Below the pieces are notes generated by a model. It was not told the origin of the DNA, did no database searches, and worked only from the letters and a program-made list of their open reading frames with translations. From Eledone cirrhosa (Eukaryota), in contig OZ024740.1 of NCBI GenBank assembly GCA_964016885.1, positions 25,482,001 to 25,546,000 on the forward strand: DNA of 64,000 bases. Direction: 5' to 3'. Positions 27,801-41,900 of the stretch are shown piece after piece. Both the position numbers and the translations under genes were made by a program. The first letter of the stretch is position 1. Every line of letters starts with the position of its first letter.

Positions 27801-30800
27801 AGTTGTAGTTACTTCTATTGTAGTTGTAGATACTTCTATTGTAGTTGTAGTTATTTCTATTGTAGTTGTAGTTACTTCTCTTGTAGTTGTAGTTACTTCT
27901 ATTGTAGTTGTAGTTACTTCTATTGTAGTTGTAGTTACTTCTATTGTAGTTGTAGTTACTTCTATTGTAGTTGTAGTTATTTCTATTGTAGTTGTAGTTA
28001 CTTCTATTGTAGTTGTAGTTACTTCTATTGAATTTGTAGTTACTTCTATTGTAGTTGTAGTTACTTCTATTGTATTTGTAGTTATTTCTATTGTAGTTGT
28101 AGTTACTTCTATTGTAGTTGTAGTTACTTCTATTGTAGTTGTAGTTACTTCTATTGTAGTTGTAGTTATTTCTATTGTAGTTGTAGTTACTTCTATTGTA
28201 GTTGTAATTATTTCTATTGTAGTTGTAGTTACTTCTCTTGTAGTTGTAGTTAGTTCTATTGTAGTTGTAGTTACTTCTATTGTAGTTGTAGTTACTTCTA
28301 TTGTAGTTGTTGTTACTTCTATTGTAGTTGTAGCTATTTCTATTGTAGTTGTAGTTACTTCTATTGTAGTTGTAGTTACTTCTATTGTAGTTGTAGTTAC
28401 TTCTATTGTAGTTGTAGTTACTTCTATTGTAGTTGTAGTTACTTCTATTGTAGTTGTAGTTATTTCTATTGTAGTTGTAGTTACTTCTATTGTAGTTGTA
28501 GTTACTTCTATTGTAGTTGTAGTTACTTCTATTGTAGTTGTAGTTACTTCTATTGTAGTTGTAGTTATTTCTATTGTAGTTGTAGTTACTTTTATTGTAG
28601 TTGTAGTTACTTCTATTGTAGTTGTAGTTACTTCTATTGTAGTTGTAGTTACTTCTATTGTAGTTGTAGTTACTTCTATTGTAGTTGTAGTTACTTCTAT
28701 TGTAGTTGTAGTTACTTCTATTGTAGTTGTAGTTACTTCTATTGTAGTTGTAGTTACTTTATTGTAGTTGTAGTTACTTCTATTGTAGTTGTAGATACTT
28801 CTATTGTAGTTGTAGGTACTTCTATTGTAGTTGTAGTTACTTGTATTGTAGTTGTAGTTACTGCTATTGTAGTTGTAGTTACTTCTATTGTAGTTGTAGA
28901 TACTTCTATTGTAGTTGTAGATACTTCTATTGTAGTTGTAGATACTTCTATTGTAGATGTAGATACTTCTATTGTAGTTGTAGTTACTTCTATTGTAGTT
29001 GTAGTTACTTCTATTGAATTTGTAGTTACTTCTATTGTAGTTGTAGTTACTTCTATTGTAGTTGTAGTTATTTCTATTGTAGTTGTAGTTACTTCTATTG
29101 TAGTTGTAGTTACTTCTATTGTAGTTGTAGTTACTTCTATTGTAGTTGTAGTTATTTCTATTGTAGTTGTAGTTACTTCTATTGTAGTTGTAATTATTTC
29201 TATTGTAGTTGTAGTTACTTCTCTTGTAGTTGTAGTTAGTTCTATTGTAGTTGTAGTTACTTCTATTGTAGTTGTAGTTACTTCTATTGTAGTTGTTGTT
29301 ACTTCTATTGTAGTTGTAGTTATTTCTATTGTAGTTGTAGTTACTTCTATTGTAGTTGTAGTTACTTCTATTGTAGTTGTAGTTACTTCTATTGTAGTTG
29401 TAGTTACTTCTATTGTAGTTGTAGTTATTTCTATTGTAGTTGTAGTTACTACTATTGTAGTTGTAGTTACTTCTATTGTAGTTGTAGTTACTTCTATTGT
29501 AGTTGTAGTTACTTCTCTTGTAGTTGTAGTTACTTCTATTGTACTTGTAGATACTTCTATTGTAGTTGTAGATATTTCTGTTGTAGTTACTTCTATTGTA
29601 GGTGTAGTTACTTCAATTGTAGTTGTAGTTACTTCTATTGTAGTTGTAGTTACTTCTATTGTAGTTGTAGTTACTTCTATTGTAGTTGTAGTTATTTCTA
29701 TTGTAGTTGTAGTTACTTCTATTGTAGTTGTAGTTACTTCTATTGTAGTTGTAGTTACTTCTATTGTAGTTGTAGTTACTTCTCTTGTAGTTGTAGTTAC
29801 TTCTATTGTACTTGTAGATACTTCTATTGCAGTTGTAGATATTTCTGTTGTAGTTACTTCTATTGTAGGTGTAGTTACTTCAATTGTAGTTGTAGTTACT
29901 TCTATTGTAGTTGTAGTTACTTCTATTGTAGTTGTAGTTACTTCTATTGTAGTTGTAGATACTTCTATTGTAGTTGTAGTTACTTCTATTGTAGTTGTAG
30001 TTACTTATATTGTAGTTGTAGTTACTCTATTGCAGTTGTAGTTACTTCTATTGTAGATGTAGATACTTCTATTGTAGTTGTAGTTACTTCTATTGTAGTT
30101 GTAGTTACTTCTATTGTAGTTGTAGATACTTCTATTGTAGCTGTAGGTACTTCTATTGTAGTTGTAGTTACTTCTATTGTAGTTGTAGTTACTTCTATTG
30201 TAGTTGTAGATACTTCTGTTGTAGTTACTTATATTGTAGTTGTAGATACTTATATTGTAGTTGTAGATACTTCTGTTGTAGATACATCTATTGTAGTTGT
30301 AGGTACTTCTATTGTAGTTGTAGTTACTTCTATTGTAGTTGTAGTTACTTCTATTGTAGTTGTAGTTACTTCTATTGTAGTTGTAGTTACTTGTATTGTA
30401 GTTGTAGTTACTTCTATAGTAGTTGTAGGTACTTCTATTGTAGTTGTAGTTACTTTATTGTAGTTGTAGTTACTTCTATTGTAGTTGAAGTTACTTTATT
30501 GTAGTTGTAGTTACTTCTATTGTAGTTGTAGATACTTCTATTGTAGTTGTAGTTACTTCTATTGTAGTTGTAGTTACTTCTATTGTAGTTGTAGATACTT
30601 CTATTGTAGTTGTAGTTACTTCTATTGTAGTTGTAGATACTTCTATTGTAGTTGTAGTTATTTCTATTGTAGTTGTAGTTACTTCTCTTGTAGTTGTAGT
30701 TACTTCTATTGTAGTTGTAGTTACTTCTATTGTAGTTGTAGTTACTTCTATTGTAGTTGTAGTTACTTCTATTGTAGTTGTAGTTATTTCTATTGTAGTT

Positions 30801-31440
30801 GTAGTTACTTCTATTGTAGTTGTAGTTACTTCTATTGAATTTGTAGTTACTTCTATTGTAGTTGTAGTTACTTCTATTGTATTTGTAGTTATTTCTATTG
30901 TAGTTGTAGTTACTTCTATTGTAGTTGTAGTTACTTCTATTGTAGTTGTAGTTACTTCTATTGTAGTTGTAGTTATTTCTATTGTAGTTGTAGTTACTTC
31001 TATTGTAGTTGTAATTATTTCTATTGTAGTTGTAGTTACTTCTCTTGTAGTTGTAGTTAGTTCTATTGTAGTTGTAGTTACTTCTATTGTAGTTGTAGTT
31101 ACTTCTATTGTAGTTGTTGTTACTTCTATTGTAGTTGTAGCTATTTCTATTGTAGTTGTAGTTACTTCTATTGTAGTTGTAGTTACTTCTATTGTAGTTG
31201 TAGTTACTTCTATTGTAGTTGTAGTTACTTCTATTGTAGTTGTAGTTACTTCTATTGTAGTTGTAGTTATTTCTATTGTAGTTGTAGTTACTTCTATTGT
31301 AGTTGTAGTTACTTCTATTGTAGTTGTAGTTACTTCTATTGTAGTTGTAGTTACTTCTATTGTAGTTGTAGTTATTTCTATTGTAGTTGTAGTTACTTTT
31401 ATTGTAGTTGTAGTTACTTCTATTGTAGTTGTAGTTACTT
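25800..31440. repeat. Tandem higher-order repeat, period 2807 bp (2 copies)
   Basis: Identical 117-aa ORFs start at 27678 and 30485. Markers recur at 26734/29541, and the rare CTATAGTAG and GTAGCTATTTC variants occur once in each copy. Confidence 0.88.
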
Positions 31441-34400
31441 CTATTGTAGTTGTAGTTACTTCTCTTGTAGTTGTAGTTACTTCTATTGTACTTGTAGATA
31501 CTTCTATTGTAGTTGTAGATATTTCTGTTGTAGTTACTTCTATTGTAGGTGTAGTTACTTCAATTGTAGTTGCAGTTACTTCTATTGTAGTTGTAGTTAC
31601 TTCTATTGTAGTTGTAGTTACTTCTATTGTAGTTGTAGATACTTCTATTGTAGTTGTAGTTACTTCTATTGTAGTTGTAGATACTTCTATTGTAGTTGTA
31701 GATACTTCTATTGTAGTTGTAGTTACTTCTATTGTAGTTGTAGTTACTTATATTGTAGTTGTAGTTACTCTATTGTAGTTGTAGTTACTTCTATTGTAGA
31801 TGTAGATACTTCTATTGTAGTTGTAGTTACTTCTATTGTAGTTGTAGTTACTTCTATTGTAGTTGTAGATACTTCTATTGTAGTTGTAGGTACTTCTATT
31901 GTAGTTGTAGTTACTTCTATTGTAGTTGTAGTTACTTCTATTGTAGTTGTAGATACTTCTGTTGTAGTTACTTATATTGTAGTTGTAGATACTTCTGTTG
32001 TAGATACATCTATTGTAGTTGTAGGTACTTCTATTGTAGTTGTAGTTACTTCTATTGTAGTTGTAGTTACTTCTATTGTAGTTGTAGTTACTTCTATTGT
32101 AGTTGTAGTTAATTGTATTGTAGTTGTAGTTACTTCTATTGTAGTTGTAGGTACTTCTATTGTAGTTGTAGTTACTTCTATTGTAGTTGTAGTTACTTTA
32201 TTGTAGTTGTAGTTACTTCTATTGTAGTTGAAGTTACTTTATTGTAGTTGTAGTTACTTCTATTGTAGTTGTAGATACTTCTATTGTAGTTGTAGTTACT
32301 TCTATTGTAGTTGTAGTTACTTATATTGTAGTTGTAGATACTTCTATTGTAGTTGTAGTTACTTCTATTGTAGTTGTAGTTACTTCTATTGTAGTTGTAG
32401 TTACTTCTATTGTAGTTGTAGTTACTTCTATTGTAGTTGTAGTTACTTTATTGTAGTTGTAGTTACTTCTATTGTAGTTGTAGTTACTTCTATTGTAGTT
32501 GTAGATACTTCTATTGTAGTTGTAGTTACTTTATTGTAGTTGTAGTTACTTCTATTGTAGTTGTAGATACATCTATTGTAGTTTTAGTTACTTCTATTGT
32601 AGTTGTAGTTACTTCTATTGTAGTTGTAGTTACTTTATTGTAGTTGTAGTTACTTCTATTGTAGTTGTAGATACTTCTATTGTAGATGTAGATACTTCTA
32701 TTGTAGTTGTAGTTACTTCTATTGTAGTTGTAGTTACTTCTATTGTAGTTGTAGTTACTTCTATTGTAGTTGTAGTTACTTCTATTGTAGTTGTAGTTAC
32801 TTCTATTGTAGTTGTAGTTACTTCTATTGTAGTTGTAGTTACTTCTATTGTAGTTGTAGTTACTTTATTGTAGTTGTAGTTACTTCTATTGTAGTTGTAG
32901 TTACTTCTATTGTAGTTGTAGATACTTCTATTGTAGTTGTAGTTACTTTATTGTAGTTGTAGTTACTTCTATTGTAGTTGTAGATACATCTATTGTAGTT
33001 TTAGTTACTTCTATTGTAGTTGTAGTTACTTCTATTGTAGTTGTAGTTACTTTATTGTAGTTGTAGTTACTTCTATTGTAGTTGTAGATACTTCTATTGT
33101 AGATGTAGATACTTCTATTGTAGTTGTAGTTACTTCTATTGTAGTTGTAGTTACTTCTATTGTAGTTGTAGTTACTTCTATTGTAGTTGTAATTATTTCT
33201 ATTGTAGTTGTAGTTACTTCTCTTGTAGTTGTAGTTAGTTCTATTGTAGTTGTAGTTACTTCTATTGTAGTTGTAGTTACTTCTATTGTAGTTGTTGTTA
33301 CTTCTATTGTAGTTGTAGTTATTTCTATTGTAGTTGTAGTTACTTCTATTGTAGTTGTAGTTACTTCTATTGTAGTTGTAGTTACTTCTATTGTAGTTGT
33401 AGTTACTTCTATTGTAGTTGTAGTTACTTCTATTGTAGTTGTAGTTATTTCTATTGTAGTTGTAGTTACTTCTATTGTAGTTGTAGTTACTTCTATTGTA
33501 GTTGTAGTTACTTCTATTGTAGTTGTAGTTACTTCTATTGTAGTTGTAGTTATTTCTATTGTAGTTGTAGTTACTTTTATTGTAGTTGTAGTTACTTCTA
33601 TTGTAGTTGTAGTTACTTCTATTGTAGTTGTAGTTACTTCTCTTGTAGTTGTAGTTACTTCTATTGTACTTGTAGATACTTCTATTGTAGTTGTAGATAT
33701 TTCTGTTGTAGTTACTTCTATTGTAGGTGTAGTTACTTCAATTGTAGTTGCAGTTACTTCTATTGTAGTTGTAGTTACTTCTATTGTAGTTGTAGTTACT
33801 TCTATTGTAGTTGTAGATACTTCTATTGTAGTTGTAGTTACTTCTATTGTAGTTGTAGATACTTCTATTGTAGTTGTAGATACTTCTATTGTAGTTGTAG
33901 TTACTTCTATTGTAGTTGTAGTTACTTATATTGTAGTTGTAGTTACTCTATTGTAGTTGTAGTTACTTCTATTGTAGATGTAGATACTTCTATTGTAGTT
34001 GTAGTTACTTCTATTGTAGTTGTAGTTACTTCTATTGTAGTTGTAGATACTTCTATTGTAGTTGTAGGTACTTCTATTGTAGTTGTAGTTACTTCTATTG
34101 TAGTTGTAGTTACTTCTATTGTAGTTGTAGATACTTCTGTTGTAGTTACTTATATTGTAGTTGTAGATACTTCTGTTGTAGATACATCTATTGTAGTTGT
34201 AGGTACTTCTATTGTAGTTGTAGTTACTTCTATTGTAGTTGTAGTTACTTCTATTGTAGTTGTAGTTACTTCTATTGTAGTTGTAGTTAATTGTATTGTA
34301 GTTGTAGTTACTTCTATTGTAGTTGTAGGTACTTCTATTGTAGTTGTAGTTACTTCTATTGTAGTTGTAGTTACTTTATTGTAGTTGTAGTTACTTCTAT

Positions 34401-35900
34401 TGTAGTTGAAGTTACTTTATTGTAGTTGTAGTTACTTCTATTGTAGTTGTAGTTACTTCTATTGTAGTTGTAGTTACTTCTATTGTAGTTGTAGTTACTT
34501 CTATTGTAGTTGTAGTTACTTCTATTGTAGTTGTAGTTATTTCTATTGTAGTTGTAGTTACTTCTATTGTAGTTGTAGGTACTTCTATTGTAGTTGTAGT
34601 TACTTCTATTGTAGTTGTAGTTACTTCTATTGTAGTTGTAGTTACTTCTATTGTAGTTGTAATTATTTCTATTGTAGTTGTAGTTACTTCTCTTGTAGTT
34701 GTAGTTAGTTCTATTGTAGTTGTAGTTACTTCTATTGTAGTTGTAGTTACTTCTATTGTAGTTGTTGTTACTTCTATTGTAGTTGTAGTTATTTCTATTG
34801 TAGTTGTAGTTACTTCTATTGTAGTTGTAGTTACTTCTATTGTAGTTGTAGTTACTTCTATTGTAGTTGTAGTTACTTCTATTGTAGTTGTAGTTACTTC
34901 TATTGTAGTTGTAGTTATTTCTATTGTAGTTGTAGTTACTTCTATTGTAGTTGTAGTTACTTCTATTGTAGTTGTAGTTACTTCTATTGTAGTTGTAGTT
35001 ACTTCTATTGTAGTTGTAGTTATTTCTATTGTAGTTGTAGTTACTTTTATTGTAGTTGTAGTTACTTCTATTGTAGTTGTAGTTACTTCTATTGTAGTTG
35101 TAGTTACTTCTCTTGTAGTTGTAGTTACTTCTATTGTACTTGTAGATACTTCTATTGTAGTTGTAGATATTTCTGTTGTAGTTACTTCTATTGTAGGTGT
35201 AGTTACTTCAATTGTAGTTGCAGTTACTTCTATTGTAGTTGTAGTTACTTCTATTGTAGTTGTAGTTACTTCTATTGTAGTTGTAGATACTTCTATTGTA
35301 GTTGTAGTTACTTCTATTGTAGTTGTAGATACTTCTATTGTAGTTGTAGATACTTCTATTGTAGTTGTAGTTACTTCTATTGTAGTTGTAGTTACTTATA
35401 TTGTAGTTGTAGTTACTCTATTGTAGTTGTAGTTACTTCTATTGTAGATGTAGATACTTCTATTGTAGTTGTAGTTACTTCTATTGTAGTTGTAGTTACT
35501 TCTATTGTAGTTGTAGATACTTCTATTGTAGTTGTAGGTACTTCTATTGTAGTTGTAGTTACTTCTATTGTAGTTGTAGTTACTTCTATTGTAGTTGTAG
35601 ATACTTCTGTTGTAGTTACTTATATTGTAGTTGTAGATACTTCTGTTGTAGATACATCTATTGTAGTTGTAGGTACTTCTATTGTAGTTGTAGTTACTTC
35701 TATTGTAGTTGTAGTTACTTCTATTGTAGTTGTAGTTACTTCTATTGTAGTTGTAGTTAATTGTATTGTAGTTGTAGTTACTTCTATTGTAGTTGTAGGT
35801 ACTTCTATTGTAGTTGTAGTTACTTCTATTGTAGTTGTAGTTACTTTATTGTAGTTGTAGTTACTTCTATTGTAGTTGAAGTTACTTTATTGTAGTTGTA
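31000..35900. repeat. Three related blocks with offsets 2178 and 1470 bp
   Basis: TTGAAG markers are at 32228, 34406 and 35876. GTTAATTGTA and GTTGCAGTTAC variants occur once per block. Confidence 0.75.
32450..33170. repeat. 417-bp module (20 monomers including three 20-mers), usually paired, first appearance here
   Basis: The GATACATCTATTGTAGTTTTAG marker is at 32566/32983. Pairs 417 bp apart recur near 36214, 38992, 41567, 44345, 55027, 57442, 58830, 60517 and 62932. Confidence 0.88.
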
Positions 35901-38900
35901 GTTACTTCTATTGTAGTTGTAGATACTTCTATTGTAGTTGTAGTTACTTCTATTGTAGTTGTAGTTACTTATATTGTAGTTGTAGATACTTCTATTGTAG
36001 TTGTAGTTACTTCTATTGTAGTTGTAGTTACTTCTATTGTAGTTGTAGTTACTTCTATTGTAGTTGTAGTTACTTCTATTGTAGTTGTAGTTACTTTATT
36101 GTAGTTGTAGTTACTTCTATTGTAGTTGTAGTTACTTCTATTGTAGTTGTAGATACTTCTATTGTAGTTGTAGTTACTTTATTGTAGTTGTAGTTACTTC
36201 TATTGTAGTTGTAGATACATCTATTGTAGTTTTAGTTACTTCTATTGTAGTTGTAGTTACTTCTATTGTAGTTGTAGTTACTTTTTTGTAGTTGTAGTTA
36301 CTTCTATTGTAGTTGTAGATACTTCTATTGTAGATGTAGATACTTCTATTGTAGTTGTAGTTACTTCTATTGTAGTTGTAGTTACTTCTATTGTAGTTGT
36401 AGTTACTTCTATTGTAGTTGTAGTTACTTCTATTGTAGTTGTAGTTACTTCTATTGTAGTTGTAGTTACTTCTATTGTAGTTGTAGTTACTTCTATTGTA
36501 GTTGTAGTTACTTTATTGTAGTTGTAGTTACTTCTATTGTAGTTGTAGTTACTTCTATTGTAGTTGTAGATACTTCTATTGTAGTTGTAGTTACTTTATT
36601 GTAGTTGTAGTTACTTCTATTGTAGTTGTAGATACATCTATTGTAGTTTTAGTTACTTCTATTGTAGTTGTAGTTACTTCTATTGTAGTTGTAGTTACTT
36701 TATTGTAGTTGTAGTTACTTCTATTGTAGTTGTAGATACTTCTATTGTAGATGTAGATACTTCTATTGTAGTTGTAGTTACTTCTATTGTAGTTGTAGTT
36801 ACTTCTATTGTAGTTGTAGTTACTTCTATTGTAGTTGTAGTTACTTCTATTGTAGTTGTAGTTACTTCTATTGTAGTTGTAGTTACTTCTATTGTAGTTG
36901 TAGTTACTTCTATTGTAGTTGTAGTTACTTCTATTGTAGTTGTAGTTACTTCTATAGTAGTTGTAGTTACTTTATTGTAGTTGTAGTTACTTCTATTGTA
37001 GTTGTAGATACTTCTATTGTAGTTGTAGGTACTTCTATTTTAGTTGTAGTTACTTCTATTGTAGTTGTAGTTACTTCTATTGTAGTTGTAGTTACTTCTA
37101 TTGTAGTTGTAGTTACTTTATTGTAGTTGTAGTTACTTGTATTGTAGTTGTAGTTACTTCTATTGTAGTTGTAGTTACTTCTATTGTAGTTGTAGATACT
37201 TCTATTGTAGTTGTAGATACTTCTATTGTAGTTGTAGATACTTCTATTGTAGATGTAGATACTTCTATTGTAGTTGTAGTTACTTCTATTGTAGTTGTAG
37301 TTACTTCTATTGAATTTGTAGTTACTTTTATTGTAGTTGTAGTTACTTCTATTGTAGTTGTAGTTATTTCTATTGTAGTTGTAGTTACTTCTATTGTAGT
37401 TGTAGTTACTTCTATTGTAGTTGTAGTTACTTCTATTGTAGTTGTAGTTATTTCTATTGTAGTTGTAGTTACTTCTATTGTAGCTGTAGTTACTTCTATT
37501 GTAGTTGTTGTTACTTCTATTGTAGTTGTAGTTATTTCTATTGTAGTTGTAGTTACTTCTATTGTAGTTGTAGTTACTTCTATTGTAGTTGTAGTTACTT
37601 CTATTGTAGTTGTAGTTACTTCTATTGTAGTTGTAGTTACTTCTATTGTAGTTGTAGTTATTTCTATTGTAGTTGTAGTTACTTCTATTGTAGTTGTAGT
37701 TACTTCTATTGTAGTTGTAGTTACTTCTATTGTAGTTGTAGTTACTTCTATTGTAGTTGTAGTTACTTCTCTTGTAGTTGTAGTTACTTCTATTGTATTT
37801 GTAGATACTTCTATTGTAGTTGTAGATATTTCTGTTGTAGTTACTTCTATTGTAGGTGTAGTTACTTCAATTGTAGTTGTAGTTACTTCTATTGTAGTTG
37901 TAGTTACTTCTATTGTAGTTGTAGTTACTTCTATTGTAGTTGTAGATACTTCTATTGTAGTTGTAGTTACTCCTATTGTAGTTGTAGATACTTCTATTGT
38001 AGTTGTAGATACTTCTATTGTAGTTGTAGTTACTTCTATTGTAGTTGTAGTTACTTATATTGTAGTTGTAGTTACTCTATTGTAGTTGTAGTTACTTCTA
38101 TTGTAGTTGTAGTTACTTTATTGTAGTTGTAGTTACTTCTCTTTTAGTTGTAGATACTTCTGTTGTAGATACATCTATTGTAGTTGTAGGTACTTCTATT
38201 GTAGTTGTAGTTACTTCTATTGTAGTTGTAGTTACTTATATTGTAGTTGTAGTTACTTCTATTGTAGCTGTAGTTACTTCTATTGTAGTTGCAGTTATTT
38301 CTATTGTAGTTGTAGTTACTTTATTGTAGTTGTAGTTACTTCTCTTGTAGTTGTAGTTACTTCTATTGTAGTTGTAGTTACTTCTCTTTTAGTTGTAGAT
38401 ACTTCTGTTGTAGATACATCTATTGTAGTTGTAGGTACTTCTATTGTAGTTGTAGTTACTTCTATTGTAGTTGTAGTTACTTCTATTGTAGTTGTAGTTA
38501 CTTCTATTGTAGCTGTAGTTACTTCTATTGTAGTTGTAGGTACTTCTATTGTAGTTGTAGTTACTTCTATTGTAGTTGTAGTTACTTTATTGTAGTTGTA
38601 GTTACTTGTATTGTAGTTGTAGTTACTTCTATTGTAGTTGTAGTTACTACTATTGTAGTTGTAGTTACTTCTATTGTAGTTGTAGTTTGTTCTATTGTAG
38701 TTGTAGTTACTTCTATCGTAGGTGTAGTTACTTCTATTGTAGTTGTAGTTACTTCTATTGTAGTTGTAGATACTTCTGTTGTAGATACATCTATGGTAGT
38801 TGTAGGTACTTCTATTGTAGTTGTAGTTACTTCTATTGTAGTTGTAGTTACTTCTATTGTAGTTGTAGTTACTTTATTGTAGTTGTAGTTACTTCTATTG

Positions 38901-41900
38901 TAGTTGTAGTTACTTCTATTGTAGTTGTAGATACTTCTATTGTAGTTGTAGTTACTTTATTGTAGTTGTAGTTACTTCTATTGTAGTTGTAGATACATCT
39001 ATTGTAGTTTTAGTTACTTCTATTGTAGTTGTAGTTACTTCTATTGTAGTTGTAGTTACTTTATTGTAGTTGTAGTTACTTCTATTGTAGTTGTAGATAC
39101 TTCTATTGTAGATGTAGATACTTCTATTGTAGTTGTAGTTACTTCTATTGTAGTTGTAGTTACTTCTATTGTAGTTGTAGTTACTTCTATTGTAGTTGTA
39201 GTTACTTCTATTGTAGTTGTAGTTACTTCTATTGTAGTTGTAGTTACTTCTATTGTAGTTGTAGTTACTTCTATTGTAGTTGTAGTTACTTTATTGTAGT
39301 TGTAGTTACTTCTATTGTAGGTGTAGTTACTTCTATTGTAGTTGTAGATACTTCTATTGTAGTTGTAGTTACTTTATTGTAGTTGTAGTTACTTCTATTG
39401 TAGTTGTAGATACATCTATTGTAGTTTTAGTTACTTCTATTGTAGTTGTAGTTACTTCTATTGTAGTTGTAGTTACTTTATTGTAGTTGTAGTTACTTCT
39501 ATTGTAGTTGTAGATACTTCTATTGTAGATGTAGATACTTCTATTGTAGTTGTAGTTACTTCTATTGTAGTTGTAGTTACTTCTATTGTAGTTGTAGTTA
39601 CTTCTATTGTAGTTGTAGTTACTTCTATTGTAGTTGTAGTTACTTCTATTGTAGTTGTAGTTACTTCTATTGTAGTTGTAGTTACTTCTATTGTAGTTGT
39701 AGTTACTTTATTGTAGTTGTAGTTACTTCTATTGTAGTTGTAGATACTTCTATTGTAGTTGTAGGAACTTCTATTGTAGTTGTAGTTACTTCTATTGTAG
39801 TTGTAGTTACTTCTAGTGTAGTTGTAGTTACTTCTATTGTAGTTGTAGTTACTTTATTGTAGTTGTAGTTACTTGTATTGTAGTTGTAGTTACTTCTATT
39901 GTAGTTGTTGTTACTTCTATTGTAGTTGTAGTTATTTCTATTGTAGTTTTAATTATTTCTATTGTAGTTGTAGTTACTTCTCTTGTAGTTGTAGTTAGTT
40001 CTATTGTAGTTGTAGTTACTTCTATTGTAGTTGTAGTTACTTCTATTGTAGTTGTTGTTACTTCTATTGTAGTTGTAGTTATTTCTATTGTAGTTGTAGT
40101 TACTTCTATTGTAGTTGTAGTTACTTCTATTGTAGTTGTAGTTACTTCTATTGTAGTTGTAGTTACTTCTATTGTAGTTGTAGTTACTTCTATTGTAGTT
40201 GTAGTTATTTCTATTGTAGTTGTAGTTACTTCTATTGTAGTTGTAGTTACTTCTATTGTAGTTGTAGTTACTTCTATTGTAGTTGTAGTTACTTCTATTG
40301 TAGTTGTAGTTATTTCTATTGTAGTTGTAGTTACTTTTATTGTAGTTGTAGTTACTTCTATTGTAGTTGTAGTTACTTCTATTGTAGTTGTAGTTACTTC
40401 TCTTGTAGTTGTAGTTACTTCTATTGTACTTGTAGATACTTCTATTGTAGTTGTAGATATTTCTGTTGTAGTTACTTCTATTGTAGGTGTAGTTACTTCA
40501 ATTGTAGTTGCAGTTACTTCTATTGTAGTTGTAGTTACTTCTATTGTAGTTGTAGTTACTTCTATTGTAGTTGTAGATACTTCTATTGTAGTTGTAGTTA
40601 CTTCTATTGTAGTTGTAGATACTTCTATTGTAGTTGTAGATACTTCTATTGTAGTTGTAGTTACTTCTATTGTAGTTGTAGTTACTTATATTGTAGTTGT
40701 AGTTACTCTATTGTAGTTGTAGTTACTTCTATTGTAGATGTAGATACTTCTATTGTAGTTGTAGTTACTTCTATTGTAGTTGTAGTTACTTCTATTGTAG
40801 TTGTAGATACTTCTATTGTAGTTGTAGGTACTTCTATTGTAGTTGTAGTTACTTCTATTGTAGTTGTAGTTACTTCTATTGTAGTTGTAGATACTTCTGT
40901 TGTAGTTACTTATATTGTAGTTGTAGATACTTCTGTTGTAGATACATCTATTGTAGTTGTAGTTACTTCTATTGTAGTTGTAGTTACTTCTATTGTAGTT
41001 GTAGATACTTCTATTGTAGTTGTAGGTACTTCTATTGTAGTTGTAGTTACTTCTATTGTAGTTGTAGTTACTTCTATTGTAGTTGTAGTTACTTCTATTG
41101 TAGTTGTAGTTAATTGTATTGTAGTTGTAGTTACTTCTATTGTAGTTGTAGGTACTTCTATTGTAGTTGTAGTTACTTCTATTGTAGTTGTAGTTACTTT
41201 ATTGTAGTTGTAGTTACTTCTATTGTAGTTGAAGTTACTTTATTGTAGTTGTAGTTACTTCTATTGTAGTTGTAGATACTTCTATTGTAGTTGTAGTTAC
41301 TTCTATTGTAGTTGTAGTTACTTATATTGTAGTTGTAGATACTTCTATTGTAGTTGTAGTTACTTCTATTGTAGTTGTAGTTACTTCTATTGTAGTTGTA
41401 GTTACTTCTATTGTAGTTGTAGTTACTTCTATTGTAGTTGTAGTTACTTTATTGTAGTTGTAGTTACTTCTATTGTAGTTGTAGTTACTTCTATTGTAGT
41501 TGTAGATACTTCTATTGTAGTTGTAGTTACTTTATTGTAGTTGTAGTTACTTCTATTGTAGTTGTAGATACATCTATTGTAGTTTTAGTTACTTCTATTG
41601 TAGTTGTAGTTACTTCTATTGTAGTTGTAGTTACTTTTTTGTAGTTGTAGTTACTTCTATTGTAGTTGTAGATACTTCTATTGTAGATGTAGATACTTCT
41701 ATTGTAGTTGTAGTTACTTCTATTGTAGTTGTAGTTACTTCTATTGTAGTTGTAGTTACTTCTATTGTAGTTGTAGTTACTTCTATTGTAGTTGTAGTTA
41801 CTTCTATTGTAGTTGTAGTTACTTCTATTGTAGTTGTAGTTACTTCTATTGTAGTTGTAGTTACTTTATTGTAGTTGTAGTTACTTCTATTGTAGTTGTA

